DNA of 64,000 nucleotides from a virus, in IMG/VR virus record IMGVR_UViG_3300006735_000013, positions 95,579 through 159,578 of that record. The stretch is one strand, 5' to 3'. Below, piece after piece: positions 37,601-46,216 of this stretch (the first letter of the stretch is position 1; each line of letters starts with the position of its first letter). The notes beneath the pieces were generated by a model that made no database searches, was not told where the DNA came from, and was given only the letters and a program-made list of their open reading frames with translations. Position numbers and translations under genes: made by a program.

Positions 37601-40600
37601 CCCTGAGTTTCTGGCCCTCCAGGAGAGGAGAAAGTATTAACTATAACATGCTCGTTTCTAGCTCTAATTGGAGTCTTGTAATCTGGTAAACCAGATATGT
37701 AATTACTAGATACTGGTAAAATACTAAAACTGGATGTCTCCGCCAGATGCCTATTGTTGGCGCTGCGGCCGGCTGTCATAACAATATCATAATCGTGGCT
37801 ATAGTTGCCAAGTGCATTTGGAAGAGATCCTGTTGTTGATTTTATATTCTGAAATATATATGCAGAATTGATGCCCGTGCCTCTTTCGTACAGTGAACGA
37901 GCCCCAGAAGCTTGCTCTATGGTCATCTTGTTAGTTGACAAAGTGATTTTATATGCTTCTGGGCGATCAATATCCGGCGTGTTGATTAACACTCTTCTAT
38001 GTGGCATGCCACCGTTGTGAATTCTAGAGAACGTCGATTGTATTGACGGTACATTATCATCATGATTATTAGTTATCTTTAGCTTATCTTTGAACAAGCC
38101 AGTATTTGGCGAAGGCGCTGATGAACTGTACATGCTAAATGGCAACAACATATCGGAGTCTGCGTCTAAATAGCTTACTGTTTCTGTTACGTTTGTCTTT
38201 GCAGAATAAACCTTTTCGGCTTGTGGAGATAGAACATCATCGCAAACCTTAAATTCGTATATATCAGATTTGTTAATAACTATACTCTTGCCAGTGTTTA
38301 CAAGCTTGTAAAGCTCCTTGTTCTTGTTTGCATTTCTGTTCGAACCTATCTCTATTGTCTTTATATTATCGCCAGTAAATCGATATGGACGTGAGAGTCT
38401 TCTAAGTGCGTAAGTGGAGCCACTAACATCAGTTACTGATATTCTTCTCAGATCTTCCCTCTTTGCATCTAGGTCTGTGGATACCTTATGATCGTCCTCT
38501 CTATCCGCCCTCTCTTTCCACCATAAACAGTTGTCAGACTGGCTGTCTGACAATGGGGCATGCCCATGCTCCCAATCATATAAAAGTTCGTTTACGCCAA
38601 GGATTTGGCCACTTATTTTAGGGTCTTTATATTCTAACTGAGGTGACTGGTGCTTGTATTTGTTTCTCTCAAACGTATGGCTTTCAACCGTGTCCTCTAA
38701 GCCGACGTGCATAGCCGAAGTAGCCGGTTGTAACTGCTCTAACATTTTCCCTAAAGCTGAATCTATCCACTTATAGTATTCTATAAACCTCTCAAGAGAT
38801 ATATCATTTTCAACTTTTGAGAAAAATTTGTCTCTAAGTTTCTCTAAAGACTTATACTCTTGCCTGTATTTATATACTGGTTCACCTATTATTTCATTAT
38901 AAGCAGAGACTCCAGCTATCATATTCAACATTTCTCTTGAAATTGCCTGATACATACTTTTTTCAAAAGTGTAAAGGTAGGTTATTGGCCTACTTTCAAG
39001 CTCAAAAGATTCTATTTCTCTGCTTTTTATTTCCACTTTAGATCTGGAATAAAGATTATCGATTGGTATGTGTCTTATACTGTCTGGGAACTCTACCTGT
39101 GTGATAGTTTCTTGATTTTGTAAGTTGTAAGTTACCCCTGGGTACTTATATCCTAGTGCTCCGTACGAAACTATATCCCTTACTGACCCACTTGAATGAT
39201 CGTAAACCAAAGTTGTATTTGCATCCAGATTGTCAACTTCTTCAAATTGCCAATGCAAAACTAGAGAATCACTGCTGTCAATATTGTCTCCTTGGTTTGA
39301 TTTTCTGTTTTCTAGCGGATTCAGGCGGCCGAGGTTTTCAGCATTTTGAGCATGAAGTTGTAATTCTGAGTCATTTATATAATCATCCCAATAACTAAAT
39401 GATATTATCTTGCAGTCACTGCTATTAATAAGCGATCCAGTAACTCCCTGCCTATTTGCACCAAGGAATACGCTCTTGTTTCCTGATAGGATGTTTTGAA
39501 AATTGGTCGAACTAATTGAAGAAGATAGATGAAAGCTTGATATTTTAAGATCCTGCTCATATTGGTACCCAACAAATTCAACCTTATATTTCTTATCAGA
39601 TGTGAGCTTGTTGTTCACATTATAAAATGACGCGTCAGTATCTTCCGAAAATCTTATCGATAAAAACCAAGGCTTATTGGTAAAGACTTCCCTAAAATAA
39701 TCTGTGGTTATTTCAGTAAAAACCCCTGATGATGATGATAAGTTAAATTTTGCGCCGTTGTTCGTTTTCTTTGACTTCACTGCGGTGACAACTAAGCCGG
39801 AATTGTTGTTTGCCGTAATTTCCAAAACATTTCCCGTAACCTCGTTCATGCCAAAAATAGAAGTTGTTAGATCGGTACTATTATCACTTGTTAGAGCAGG
39901 CATAAAGGCCTTGCACTCCATAGTAAAAGCAGCTGGAGTAGCCTTTCCTCCAATATAGTTCCTCTCTTCTGATGTACTAGCAGTTTGATGTAGCGTTACA
40001 TTTCTATTCGAACCTGTAAAAGATAACAGTTGAGCACCGTAGGCCTCGTATATCGGTTCATCTTTTATTTCTTTTTCAATGTTTTGTGCATAAACATTTG
40101 GTATTACTAGTTTTTCGTCTACCCCAAAACATCTTATAAGGTTTCTAAAAGATTCATAAGTGCCTTTTGTTTTATAAATCTTTGGAAGATTTATGTGTAT
40201 TGCGTTTAATATTCTGTTCTTTACCGCTTCTGCTTTTGAGTGTATAAAGTGGTGTGACAGTCCGTTATTTTTGTCAACAAGATCAAATTTTAGATTATAG
40301 AAAAACTCATTTATATCAGTCTTATTAGTTACGGGACTCTCTTCAACAGAAAAATTTCTGCTTATAAGGTTTTGCACTGAAAAATTCTCTTCCGACTGCA
40401 GCAGGCCATAAGATAGATCAAAGTCACCTGAACATCCCAGAAGAGTACTAAAATTTTCAGAGTGATTTGCTGACCCCTTTGAGTAAACGAAATCTTTATA
40501 TTGTGTGAAGCCTATTCTAGGCACGCCATCTATCATCATTCTAATAGAGTCAAATTTTTCAGCGATGGTCTGAAGCAGAATAGAGAAATTGCTGTCTAGA

Positions 40601-42024
40601 TTACTCGAACCCTCTTTTGTCTCATAAGCCCATTGGGGCACTGTCTTGAAAATCGAGCTATTATTTCTCTTGTCGTAAGCTTTTCCTATCTCTATTAGTT
40701 CTGATAGTTTTGAGGTTACCAAGCTAGATTTTGAGTTTAGTATAGGATCCCCAACTTCAGATTGTGTTGTTACTGAAGCCTTTGTTATTGCTGATGACGC
40801 ATTCCTATTTGATGAGGCGTATCCAACAAATTCACCGTTGTTAAGTCTTCCTGAATAATCTAGCACTACCTTATCTTGGCTGGTGATGCCTGTTATACCT
40901 TCGTTGAATTTATAAGAAACCCCTAAGACACTATCGATTGTCTCTGTGTCTGTGGCGCCGTTTACCGAGAAATCATAATAATTACCTATCTCTTCTGCCG
41001 TTCTTTTGGTTTTCCAAAACCTAAAACTATCAACAGATCCACTAAATTGGCCATAGCCCAAGCCGCCAGTGGAATTCTTTTGAGCGCGTAATGCGCCGAT
41101 GGCACCATTAAAGTAACCTGTCACTGCGCCGAAAGAGGGCGCGCTGACCGTTGTTGTGCTATTATATATACCATCAATATAGAAATCTAAGAGAAGATTT
41201 GATCCAGTGTGAAAGGTCGATATTGCATAGTGATGAAAGTTTCCATCCGCGACGGCTGCAGAAGTAACTCCGCTGCCTATCTGCTGCCTGTCGGCGCCGG
41301 CGGTACCAGACATACAAGTAACATAAAATGGTGAGCCCGCGCTAGAACTCAGTTCTACTAAAAACCTGCCATAGGATGAGTTCCCTTCTGCAAAGTCTAT
41401 GGTGTGAGAATCAAAGACGACTTCTGTTTGTGTATTTGCATCTGAAACAAATGCATCTTTTTTCATCCAAAATTCTACAGTGTTTCCTTTAGACGCATCT
41501 ATTTTAAGATTACTACCTCTTTGGGTTGAGGAATCAAACACGCTACCTATGTAGGGTCCTCCAGAAAACTTTATATATTGTGGGTTGTTTGATAATCCAT
41601 ATCTTCCAGAAGTGGCAGCAGTGGTACCCCAGCCAGAAGCTGCAATGTCAACATATCCAGTTGTTTTTGGATATTCATGCTGCAATATTGCCAGGTCAAT
41701 CGCGCTAGCGCTCAGAGACCAGTTGATTTTTTCTAGCGCTGAGCCGTCGTAAGGGTATGAATCAGAAATGTATGAGAAAGCAGACTCATAATATTTCTCT
41801 GCGCTGCCGTAGACTGCCCAGGTTGAAGGGTCTCGGACATCTACAGAAGGTATAACCCTTTCCAATAGCTTTCTATAGGCCTCTGGGAATCCGTTTGAGC
41901 TTAGAGTGCTGTTTCTTTGGTCTGCATCTGCTGATGACAGCGCAGCTCTTTCGTTTCCTTGAAACGTTTTCGCTCTAATTGCTTCTTCTATGGAGTTAGG
42001 GAGATCATTATCTTTTCTTTTCAT
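31606..42024 (-). CDS. Giant baseplate/tail protein (3472 aa) with LamG/ConA-like domains
   Basis: 'NTVEFWMK', 'DGNFHHYAI', 'FSGSVDSFRFWKTKRTAEEI', 'YKFNEG...DYSG..NNG'; also 'IYKTKGT..S.RNLIRCFG', a baseplate-wedge-like motif. Confidence 0.75.
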   Translation of the reverse strand: MKRKDNDLPNSIEEAIRAKTFQGNERAALSSADADQRNSTLSSNGFPEAYRKLLERVIPSVDVRDPSTWAVYGSAEKYYESAFSYISDSYPYDGSALEKINWSLSASAIDLAILQHEYPKTTGYVDIAASGWGTTAATSGRYGLSNNPQYIKFSGGPYIGSVFDSSTQRGSNLKIDASKGNTVEFWMKKDAFVSDANTQTEVVFDSHTIDFAEGNSSYGRFLVELSSSAGSPFYVTCMSGTAGADRQQIGSGVTSAAVADGNFHHYAISTFHTGSNLLLDFYIDGIYNSTTTVSAPSFGAVTGYFNGAIGALRAQKNSTGGLGYGQFSGSVDSFRFWKTKRTAEEIGNYYDFSVNGATDTETIDSVLGVSYKFNEGITGITSQDKVVLDYSGRLNNGEFVGYASSNRNASSAITKASVTTQSEVGDPILNSKSSLVTSKLSELIEIGKAYDKRNNSSIFKTVPQWAYETKEGSSNLDSNFSILLQTIAEKFDSIRMMIDGVPRIGFTQYKDFVYSKGSANHSENFSTLLGCSGDFDLSYGLLQSEENFSVQNLISRNFSVEESPVTNKTDINEFFYNLKFDLVDKNNGLSHHFIHSKAEAVKNRILNAIHINLPKIYKTKGTYESFRNLIRCFGVDEKLVIPNVYAQNIEKEIKDEPIYEAYGAQLLSFTGSNRNVTLHQTASTSEERNYIGGKATPAAFTMECKAFMPALTSDNSTDLTTSIFGMNEVTGNVLEITANNNSGLVVTAVKSKKTNNGAKFNLSSSSGVFTEITTDYFREVFTNKPWFLSIRFSEDTDASFYNVNNKLTSDKKYKVEFVGYQYEQDLKISSFHLSSSISSTNFQNILSGNKSVFLGANRQGVTGSLINSSDCKIISFSYWDDYINDSELQLHAQNAENLGRLNPLENRKSNQGDNIDSSDSLVLHWQFEEVDNLDANTTLVYDHSSGSVRDIVSYGALGYKYPGVTYNLQNQETITQVEFPDSIRHIPIDNLYSRSKVEIKSREIESFELESRPITYLYTFEKSMYQAISREMLNMIAGVSAYNEIIGEPVYKYRQEYKSLEKLRDKFFSKVENDISLERFIEYYKWIDSALGKMLEQLQPATSAMHVGLEDTVESHTFERNKYKHQSPQLEYKDPKISGQILGVNELLYDWEHGHAPLSDSQSDNCLWWKERADREDDHKVSTDLDAKREDLRRISVTDVSGSTYALRRLSRPYRFTGDNIKTIEIGSNRNANKNKELYKLVNTGKSIVINKSDIYEFKVCDDVLSPQAEKVYSAKTNVTETVSYLDADSDMLLPFSMYSSSAPSPNTGLFKDKLKITNNHDDNVPSIQSTFSRIHNGGMPHRRVLINTPDIDRPEAYKITLSTNKMTIEQASGARSLYERGTGINSAYIFQNIKSTTGSLPNALGNYSHDYDIVMTAGRSANNRHLAETSSFSILPVSSNYISGLPDYKTPIRARNEHVIVNTFSSPGGPETQGAYGRDKETGEFSIYNTINYRNLSVRDPLNKLHSEKTEKRGYRSGSATQASVHMTNRNNLYVTGTYSQKTKQDNFFVQHPIPQNDFSYSWITASAMNTKFDFVKKNAGFGHQHNFAISSSIPFGATAATAIITFTDANTAPSNGEKITLTSFDGTEVTYFASTGSITSSTVISAPTSGLSPGATSAQSLADQIDRELGFPSAHFGKIKAEYNAVSATNIQVILTQLTGGTAGNTTITSNLSNVAAPALFAGGKNAGTNHYKSSESIQFLSASVYGSAHTEISSGTVSHKYGRTFGVETPIPADGVVSATTFDDFIPVDFVGLNTNIHEQLDAQSNTLGSALTITFNSISTDNNYINQDFVDGPDLLVVPGDSQTQETWLNQSDTRHGVAATLNSAILNRQGPYGWPSWKQLRTAQHPIARLHRRTNTISRVYLGIPLVGTGSISTTVTTPSMNIGASLIGGLSDAYERARDDRLVLAQTKSRLVKNYKESPVTTNFSPIRMVIHGPGEADQINRAGEWVPGLDFRRPQYFTTSSVEGQLLYQNNRESNWFTTNQYYRDKRIDNSSIFISSETLQNDFVTFSNKELLRDMGHVLDKKHSFFSFADNIFSSLESQNPVSSPEELEGDNLDLGKQVELCYTETIYPREENMFLSQTRKRELFDYHPWDSLRTARDILFSGSVNYSKDYLVTTARLKAFPTSVDYTDSDSSRLAHYGKYDIINIGTVQSGSAAGAFGADNLESYRHITSSTWPLDARTDFSKKPVNIHNSFFNLGANFLSLFSSRTAAFPNAYVAQGSSGEGILQNDFSTFPLGYNNLYGTPPFSTVYNRRIPQFVNEETIFLAGEAKWEAADATLGPFYDSYDQYAEEIRQTSKDHSLVPEFRISEFTEQILSGEREYPAIGADFLIMTGTSNSQSSADVSVGGQFFKSYSNSEFLKYFSTYDEEVAGDPQDPKNNIQHARINFRCKAAMKFLPYEGFYPAERATEITRLFNKLYLSDSVVDSARIGRIPQDLKANQVYRFAKLRANASRYQVTKPLFGPGILFNSIKAGLAVDYPIFFTDYSSVITQFESSASLGVAIQDFKSLNISSTSNFTGSIINDTADGDTGIPRIKSYTTSRVEFEDMLNPVNLYGETVYDNEPHPSASLVYGNDQWHKIIERPTTFGGLNNADMSQRLGLRLNNTREALSRQLLPYTLAMQNFAAESVNFFVEDGHLTTIMSKPVDETFVSGTTYKMKVRVTNVDTTMYDRHSAFGPPVDDSGDGVQVTNYTANTPGTRASVEFAFRDWEADAAQIKSIVAENANNVLPSISWNVNSVSGSSGGDITFYNSATYTPTLASTAKQMYVDLSSFSIDVGKNLATAFSSSIDLSGSVLNATGGTGGVGYLWQITKTDATVKLEMNNIGATGSSFRWSFEPWKQGGVTYQWNGTLISASSPTTPFSNGTEPPASLWTSSVSTSKSEHGFMPYVPPYLDPNADPYVEISFTPSETKKYEAKDIIQDSTFEYYNFHKDPTNKSTNTNYVHAMSLSASLNLGLCVSLRTDNVETIEDSKQRGKAANRFDINQNKKLSRWAIQTKWETPVLDFSFVTASAIDLATGQVTQTSGSPWKEKYWDSYYERGRSNASATIGNFLTCSVGMWHQNGSAINPNSQKGYFLRVEDVTGSAGSPGLASKLGFNAEEEQSTAVLKKAKNYRSRIGSVENKKVVKEAIVAIPYVIREDEDNKVDFVKFNQQFYDQAVNNIQIVKQEMATKPLSDSEEIQSIRDYQRFTKTIDRKTKEPQSDCPVDAIEYQLLMMEEFILPPEFDFVNTSREFQVHHDLEPFMMYFFQFHASFDRQDLANIWQNMYPVSANSTASPRYSQTNKRVPGRLRVHGDVSYVSHYLETIDVSGQNLSPVDSPRDLFSPFGDKNKTRWLVFKVKQRGKTNLEEIRKASIDPRVSNVEKLEYVKNSKESFTDDTLPAGTAGLQQDGTMSVQYNWPYDYFSFVELIKLETKIDSFNFKKQ

Positions 42025-43871
42025 GGGTCTACTCTAAATTTGAACTTTTCCTGCTGCTCTGTATAATTAGAGCCGTCTTTTGAAACAAAAGATATTTCAT
42101 ATGCATTATTGGGCTCAAGTATGCTCATATCTAAATCAAAGTGAGAGCCACTAACATCATATGATAAAGAAGAATAACTAGGTACGCTTCCTGTTGAATA
42201 CGATATTACATCAAAATTATCTGAAACTTTAGTTATTTTGTAATAAAGATCCCTTATCGTGTTTACGGGCGCTGTGCTGCGGGCTTTCGTATATACAGTT
42301 GGTTGCCAGTTTTTGTTCCTAGTGTACACTCTAAGCGTTGCCTTCTCGCTCTGTAAGTAGGTATCCTTTAGATTGGTTATCGATAACTTGTAGCTGGGAG
42401 TTTCATAATGATTGTCTGGACTCTCAGTGTGGACTGTAAACCCCGAACCTGTTGCTAGCGTAGAATCCAGATGACTTGTTGAAGAGGACCATACATCGTA
42501 TAAGTAACTGGCTGTTCCAGCATAAGCAAATTGCGCCTTATATACCCCCTTGCTTTCGCGGCTGGCAGTTATAAACTGTAAGGGGGCATCTGATACACCT
42601 CCTGCGCTAGGTGAGAGTGATTCTGCTCTCAAGAAAGTGCTTCCCAATTCATCTTTGTGATAAAGACTAGCAACAATTGTTGTATTACTTCCTGTGGGTA
42701 TATCAGATAGCTGTCCCCTAACTCGATTATAAAAATAAATACTATTCAAGTTGTCAGCAGCAGGCGCCAAAGAACTAGACTTAAGTATATAGCCTCTGTC
42801 ATCTCTTATCGAACCATCCCACTGAGCTTCAATTTTAGGCTTTAGAAAGAATTCATGAGAACTTCTAGAATAAAACTTTTTAGTATAATAAGAGTGTTCG
42901 CGTGAGCCATCTTCATATGTGTGGTCAAGCTTTAGTAACACTCCGTAATTTGGCATTCCGGTGCCACCATCAAAGCTGTTGTAAGTTATTCTTGCTGGCG
43001 GAGCAGAAGTGGAAACAACCGTGTTTCCATGTAAACCAGCAACTGATTGGGTGAGAGACAAATATGCTCCTTCGAGCGTTGTCTGCAATGTACCTGAAAA
43101 ATCTCCAGATATTGAATCTTTTAGTGCACTTATTGTTCCCTCTTTTGAGCCGCTCAATTTTAAGAAAACTGATTGGCCCAAAGAATATCCCGAAGACGTT
43201 ATAAAGGTGTAGGTCACTTCTTCCCCTTCATGCGATCTTAGTTTGATTATATCATTTTCATTCAAATTACTTACTAGGTTTATGCTACCAGTAGCACGGA
43301 GGGCAGCATCATTATTATATTTTACCCACTCCTCAACTAAGCCTGTTATATCAATATTGACATCTTCGGTACCCTGTTTTAAAAATTGGTTATATTCAAG
43401 AGGTATCACACTTGAGGTAACAAAGTCGCTGCTTACAAAGTCCGAACCTGTACTGTGCCATGCAATTCCAGTAGAAGCTGAAAGCCAGTTGCTGGATTCA
43501 AGATCTAGATAGTTTTCCATGTCGAGGCCGTCACCTTCATTCCAAGATCTTGCCAAAAGGTGCACAGACAATTGGTAGTCTTCTGGTGTTGTCTGTCCGT
43601 GTGAAACGTTATGTACTCGAAGCTTATAGTTTACAGATCCTGATTGAGGCAGGACATCGATGGACCTATCTGTTGCTATCTCACTGACTGGAAACTGCAT
43701 CAGGACGCGGGTCTTTTCAACTGAGCTGCTGGCAGCTTGACCATATATTGAAAATATCTCTAAGATATCAGACGCGCCCATGTTGGCCTTTGTAGATCTG
43801 GCAGATAAATTCTCCCTATATGCAGTTGAGATTGTGTTATCTTTTTCTGAATTATATCTTTTAATACTCAT
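42021..43871 (-). CDS. Virion structural protein (DNRLRE-like N-terminal domain)
   Basis: Start reassigned to MSIKRY (TAATG overlap); 'KDNTI', 'RVLMQF', 'RSWNEGDG', 'DITGLVEEW', 'NYGVLLK', 'KFYSR', 'PKIEAQW'. Confidence 0.6.
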   Translation of the reverse strand: MSIKRYNSEKDNTISTAYRENLSARSTKANMGASDILEIFSIYGQAASSSVEKTRVLMQFPVSEIATDRSIDVLPQSGSVNYKLRVHNVSHGQTTPEDYQLSVHLLARSWNEGDGLDMENYLDLESSNWLSASTGIAWHSTGSDFVSSDFVTSSVIPLEYNQFLKQGTEDVNIDITGLVEEWVKYNNDAALRATGSINLVSNLNENDIIKLRSHEGEEVTYTFITSSGYSLGQSVFLKLSGSKEGTISALKDSISGDFSGTLQTTLEGAYLSLTQSVAGLHGNTVVSTSAPPARITYNSFDGGTGMPNYGVLLKLDHTYEDGSREHSYYTKKFYSRSSHEFFLKPKIEAQWDGSIRDDRGYILKSSSLAPAADNLNSIYFYNRVRGQLSDIPTGSNTTIVASLYHKDELGSTFLRAESLSPSAGGVSDAPLQFITASRESKGVYKAQFAYAGTASYLYDVWSSSTSHLDSTLATGSGFTVHTESPDNHYETPSYKLSITNLKDTYLQSEKATLRVYTRNKNWQPTVYTKARSTAPVNTIRDLYYKITKVSDNFDVISYSTGSVPSYSSLSYDVSGSHFDLDMSILEPNNAYEISFVSKDGSNYTEQQEKFKFRVDP

Positions 43872-45691
43872 TATGCTAAAATCGTTCCTTTGATATCGTC
43901 GATAAACTTTACTTCCCATATACTATTTTGCGGTATATAGATGTAGCTGTTGTCAGGTGCAGTGTTTTCTCTAATTTCATAAAAATAGTCAGTGTAATTA
44001 TTGCCGGTCAAAGAGGTAACCACGATTCCGTCTCTTGGGGATAGTCTGTCTACTTCAGGAATGTTTTGTACAATTCTCATTATCTCTGTTATATAAAGTG
44101 GTTCGCCAATTTCGGGTGGCACTGCTGAAAGTTCGTCAAATAATCTTTTCTTTATGTCTTCTATAGCCGTCTGTTGATTGACACCGGTCTGAAGACTGAG
44201 TCTGAACTCTATTCCAAGATTTATAATATTTGCATCAAATAGGTCAATACTGTCAGATATCATTCGTACAGAGTTTATCCATGTTTTTGTGTTTTGCTTT
44301 AGTAAAGATGAAGGTTTCTGCATCTTTCCGTCGGCGCCCTCGGCGATAAGGTAAGCGTTCAGATTCCTTCTAAGGTCGTTATCATCTCTAACTACTGACG
44401 CTCTTTTTATCGCCCCATATATTGCAGGCATACTATAGATAGCGGACACATAATCTTGTCGAGTGACCGCCCTCCCTTGAGCACCGAAGGTGCCTAAGTA
44501 CCTTCTTTTCAATTCCTCTGTATTGGGAATTGAAATATTCCCATTGATAGGTTCTTCGTTAGAGACCTGAACATTTTGTCTTATAAAATTGACTTTTGCT
44601 GAATCTAAATTCTGCTCATTCTTGAAAGACATGATAGGGTTCACAATCTGGTTAACTGTTCCGGCTGCAGCATTCGAATTTAAAGAAGTGTTACTCCTGT
44701 AGGTTATAGTCAAGGTTGTATTCTGTGGTGAGATCCCAAGACGATCAGAAGACGCCAACCTAGTTGGGTCAAGAGAAGGTGAGGAAATGTATGTTTTTCC
44801 TGATAACTTCACTGCCACTTTAGATGGGTCTGCAACTGAATTTGTCTTTAGGTCTGCATCTGAGCCGTGGCCGAATACGAGATAGTTCCTATTTAGACCC
44901 TTTTCTAAGACAAACCTTCTTGGTACTGGTTTTGCTTTTAATATTGAAGAGACCATGGGGTCTCTATTTTCAGGGTCTCGAATTGGGCGATAAATAACAT
45001 TTTGACTAAGATTATCAACTTGAAAGTATAAGTTACCTTCACTGTCTTCTACCTTTATCACTTCGGTCATAGTGGAGTCAGGTATTTCTATCTTTACAAA
45101 CCTTCGATGGGCCCCGACCTCAACAGTATGTGTACGCTCTTCGCCAGAAATAACAGGGATTCTTGCTTTTAGGATATAGTATTCTGGTCTGAATCCATCT
45201 GCTGTGAAATTATAGGCTGAGATTCTAGAATTGCTCTCATTTAGTGTTACATCATTTATCTGTGTGTACGTTGTTCCGCCCTGAGATCTATAAGTAGATC
45301 CTGCTTTTAGATTTATCTCATATGCAGTCTCTAGGCCAGGACCTATTGCGCTGGCCGGCTGAAGGACTGTGATGTCAACCTCTCCCACTCCGACCGGGTT
45401 TAGTTCCGGTGTTCCCCCATACGCCTGAATGTGTTGTATCAATATCTGAGGGTCTTTTGTAAAGTACGGTATTGCCTCATTGGCATTGTGATCCATATAA
45501 TAATGTAACTGATCTCCTATATAAGAGACCAAGTCTAACATCAGAGATCCAAATGATGACTTCTTGAAATCTTTGTAGGTGTCAGGATAGTATCTCTTTA
45601 CATTATCCATCAACTGTTCTCTTATTTCATTGAACGCAGTTTTTGTATAATCGACAGGTTGGACGTTTTTTGTCCTGTTGGTAGTAGTCAT
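43871..45691 (-). CDS. Baseplate wedge protein, T4 gp6/baseplate J-like
   Basis: 'DYTKTAFNEIREQL', 'YPDTYKDF..SSFGSLMLDLVSYIGDQLHYYMD', 'QGRAVTRQDY'. Confidence 0.85.
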   Translation of the reverse strand: MTTTNRTKNVQPVDYTKTAFNEIREQLMDNVKRYYPDTYKDFKKSSFGSLMLDLVSYIGDQLHYYMDHNANEAIPYFTKDPQILIQHIQAYGGTPELNPVGVGEVDITVLQPASAIGPGLETAYEINLKAGSTYRSQGGTTYTQINDVTLNESNSRISAYNFTADGFRPEYYILKARIPVISGEERTHTVEVGAHRRFVKIEIPDSTMTEVIKVEDSEGNLYFQVDNLSQNVIYRPIRDPENRDPMVSSILKAKPVPRRFVLEKGLNRNYLVFGHGSDADLKTNSVADPSKVAVKLSGKTYISSPSLDPTRLASSDRLGISPQNTTLTITYRSNTSLNSNAAAGTVNQIVNPIMSFKNEQNLDSAKVNFIRQNVQVSNEEPINGNISIPNTEELKRRYLGTFGAQGRAVTRQDYVSAIYSMPAIYGAIKRASVVRDDNDLRRNLNAYLIAEGADGKMQKPSSLLKQNTKTWINSVRMISDSIDLFDANIINLGIEFRLSLQTGVNQQTAIEDIKKRLFDELSAVPPEIGEPLYITEIMRIVQNIPEVDRLSPRDGIVVTSLTGNNYTDYFYEIRENTAPDNSYIYIPQNSIWEVKFIDDIKGTILA

Positions 45692-45694
45692 GGC

Positions 45695-46162
45695 TTATTC
45701 GAATCCTCCCATCTTTGCGATTTCACTATTAAGGTCGCCTATGTACACTTCACTTGGTTCAACTTTTGTCAGGTTTATCTCCAATGTGTCTGTTGCATTT
45801 AAGTTTCTTATGGTATATGATATCCTCAATACAGTTGATAGATTGTCTTGATCATTTTCAGTACTCACAAATTCTGCAGACCCTAGACTCACTATAGGTA
45901 AATACTTCTTTAGCTGCTCTGCTATTTTATATCGAATATTTGATAACTCTTCTGATCCATAAGTTTCAAACAAGTATGTTGGCAACCCGATTCCTAAGTC
46001 TGGTCTATTTGGCCACTCGCCCTGCACTGTTTTGAGCAAAAACACAAAATCTTGTTTTATCGATTCTTGCACATTAGCAACTGATGCGTAGGGCCCGAAA
46101 GTGTCATCAATTCGCAGCGGCCATTTAGGTTGCAGCTGATTTGGTACGTTGTATATCGCCAT
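45695..46162 (-). CDS. Baseplate wedge protein, gp25/GpW-like
   Basis: 'IKQDFVFLLKTVQGEWPNRPDLGIGL..YLFE', 'I.EQLKKYLP'. Confidence 0.85.
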   Translation of the reverse strand: MAIYNVPNQLQPKWPLRIDDTFGPYASVANVQESIKQDFVFLLKTVQGEWPNRPDLGIGLPTYLFETYGSEELSNIRYKIAEQLKKYLPIVSLGSAEFVSTENDQDNLSTVLRISYTIRNLNATDTLEINLTKVEPSEVYIGDLNSEIAKMGGFE

Positions 46163-46216
46163 ATTATAAACCTCAAACTTAAATAGTACTGTGAATCATA
46201 ATTTCTTTCGCTGATG

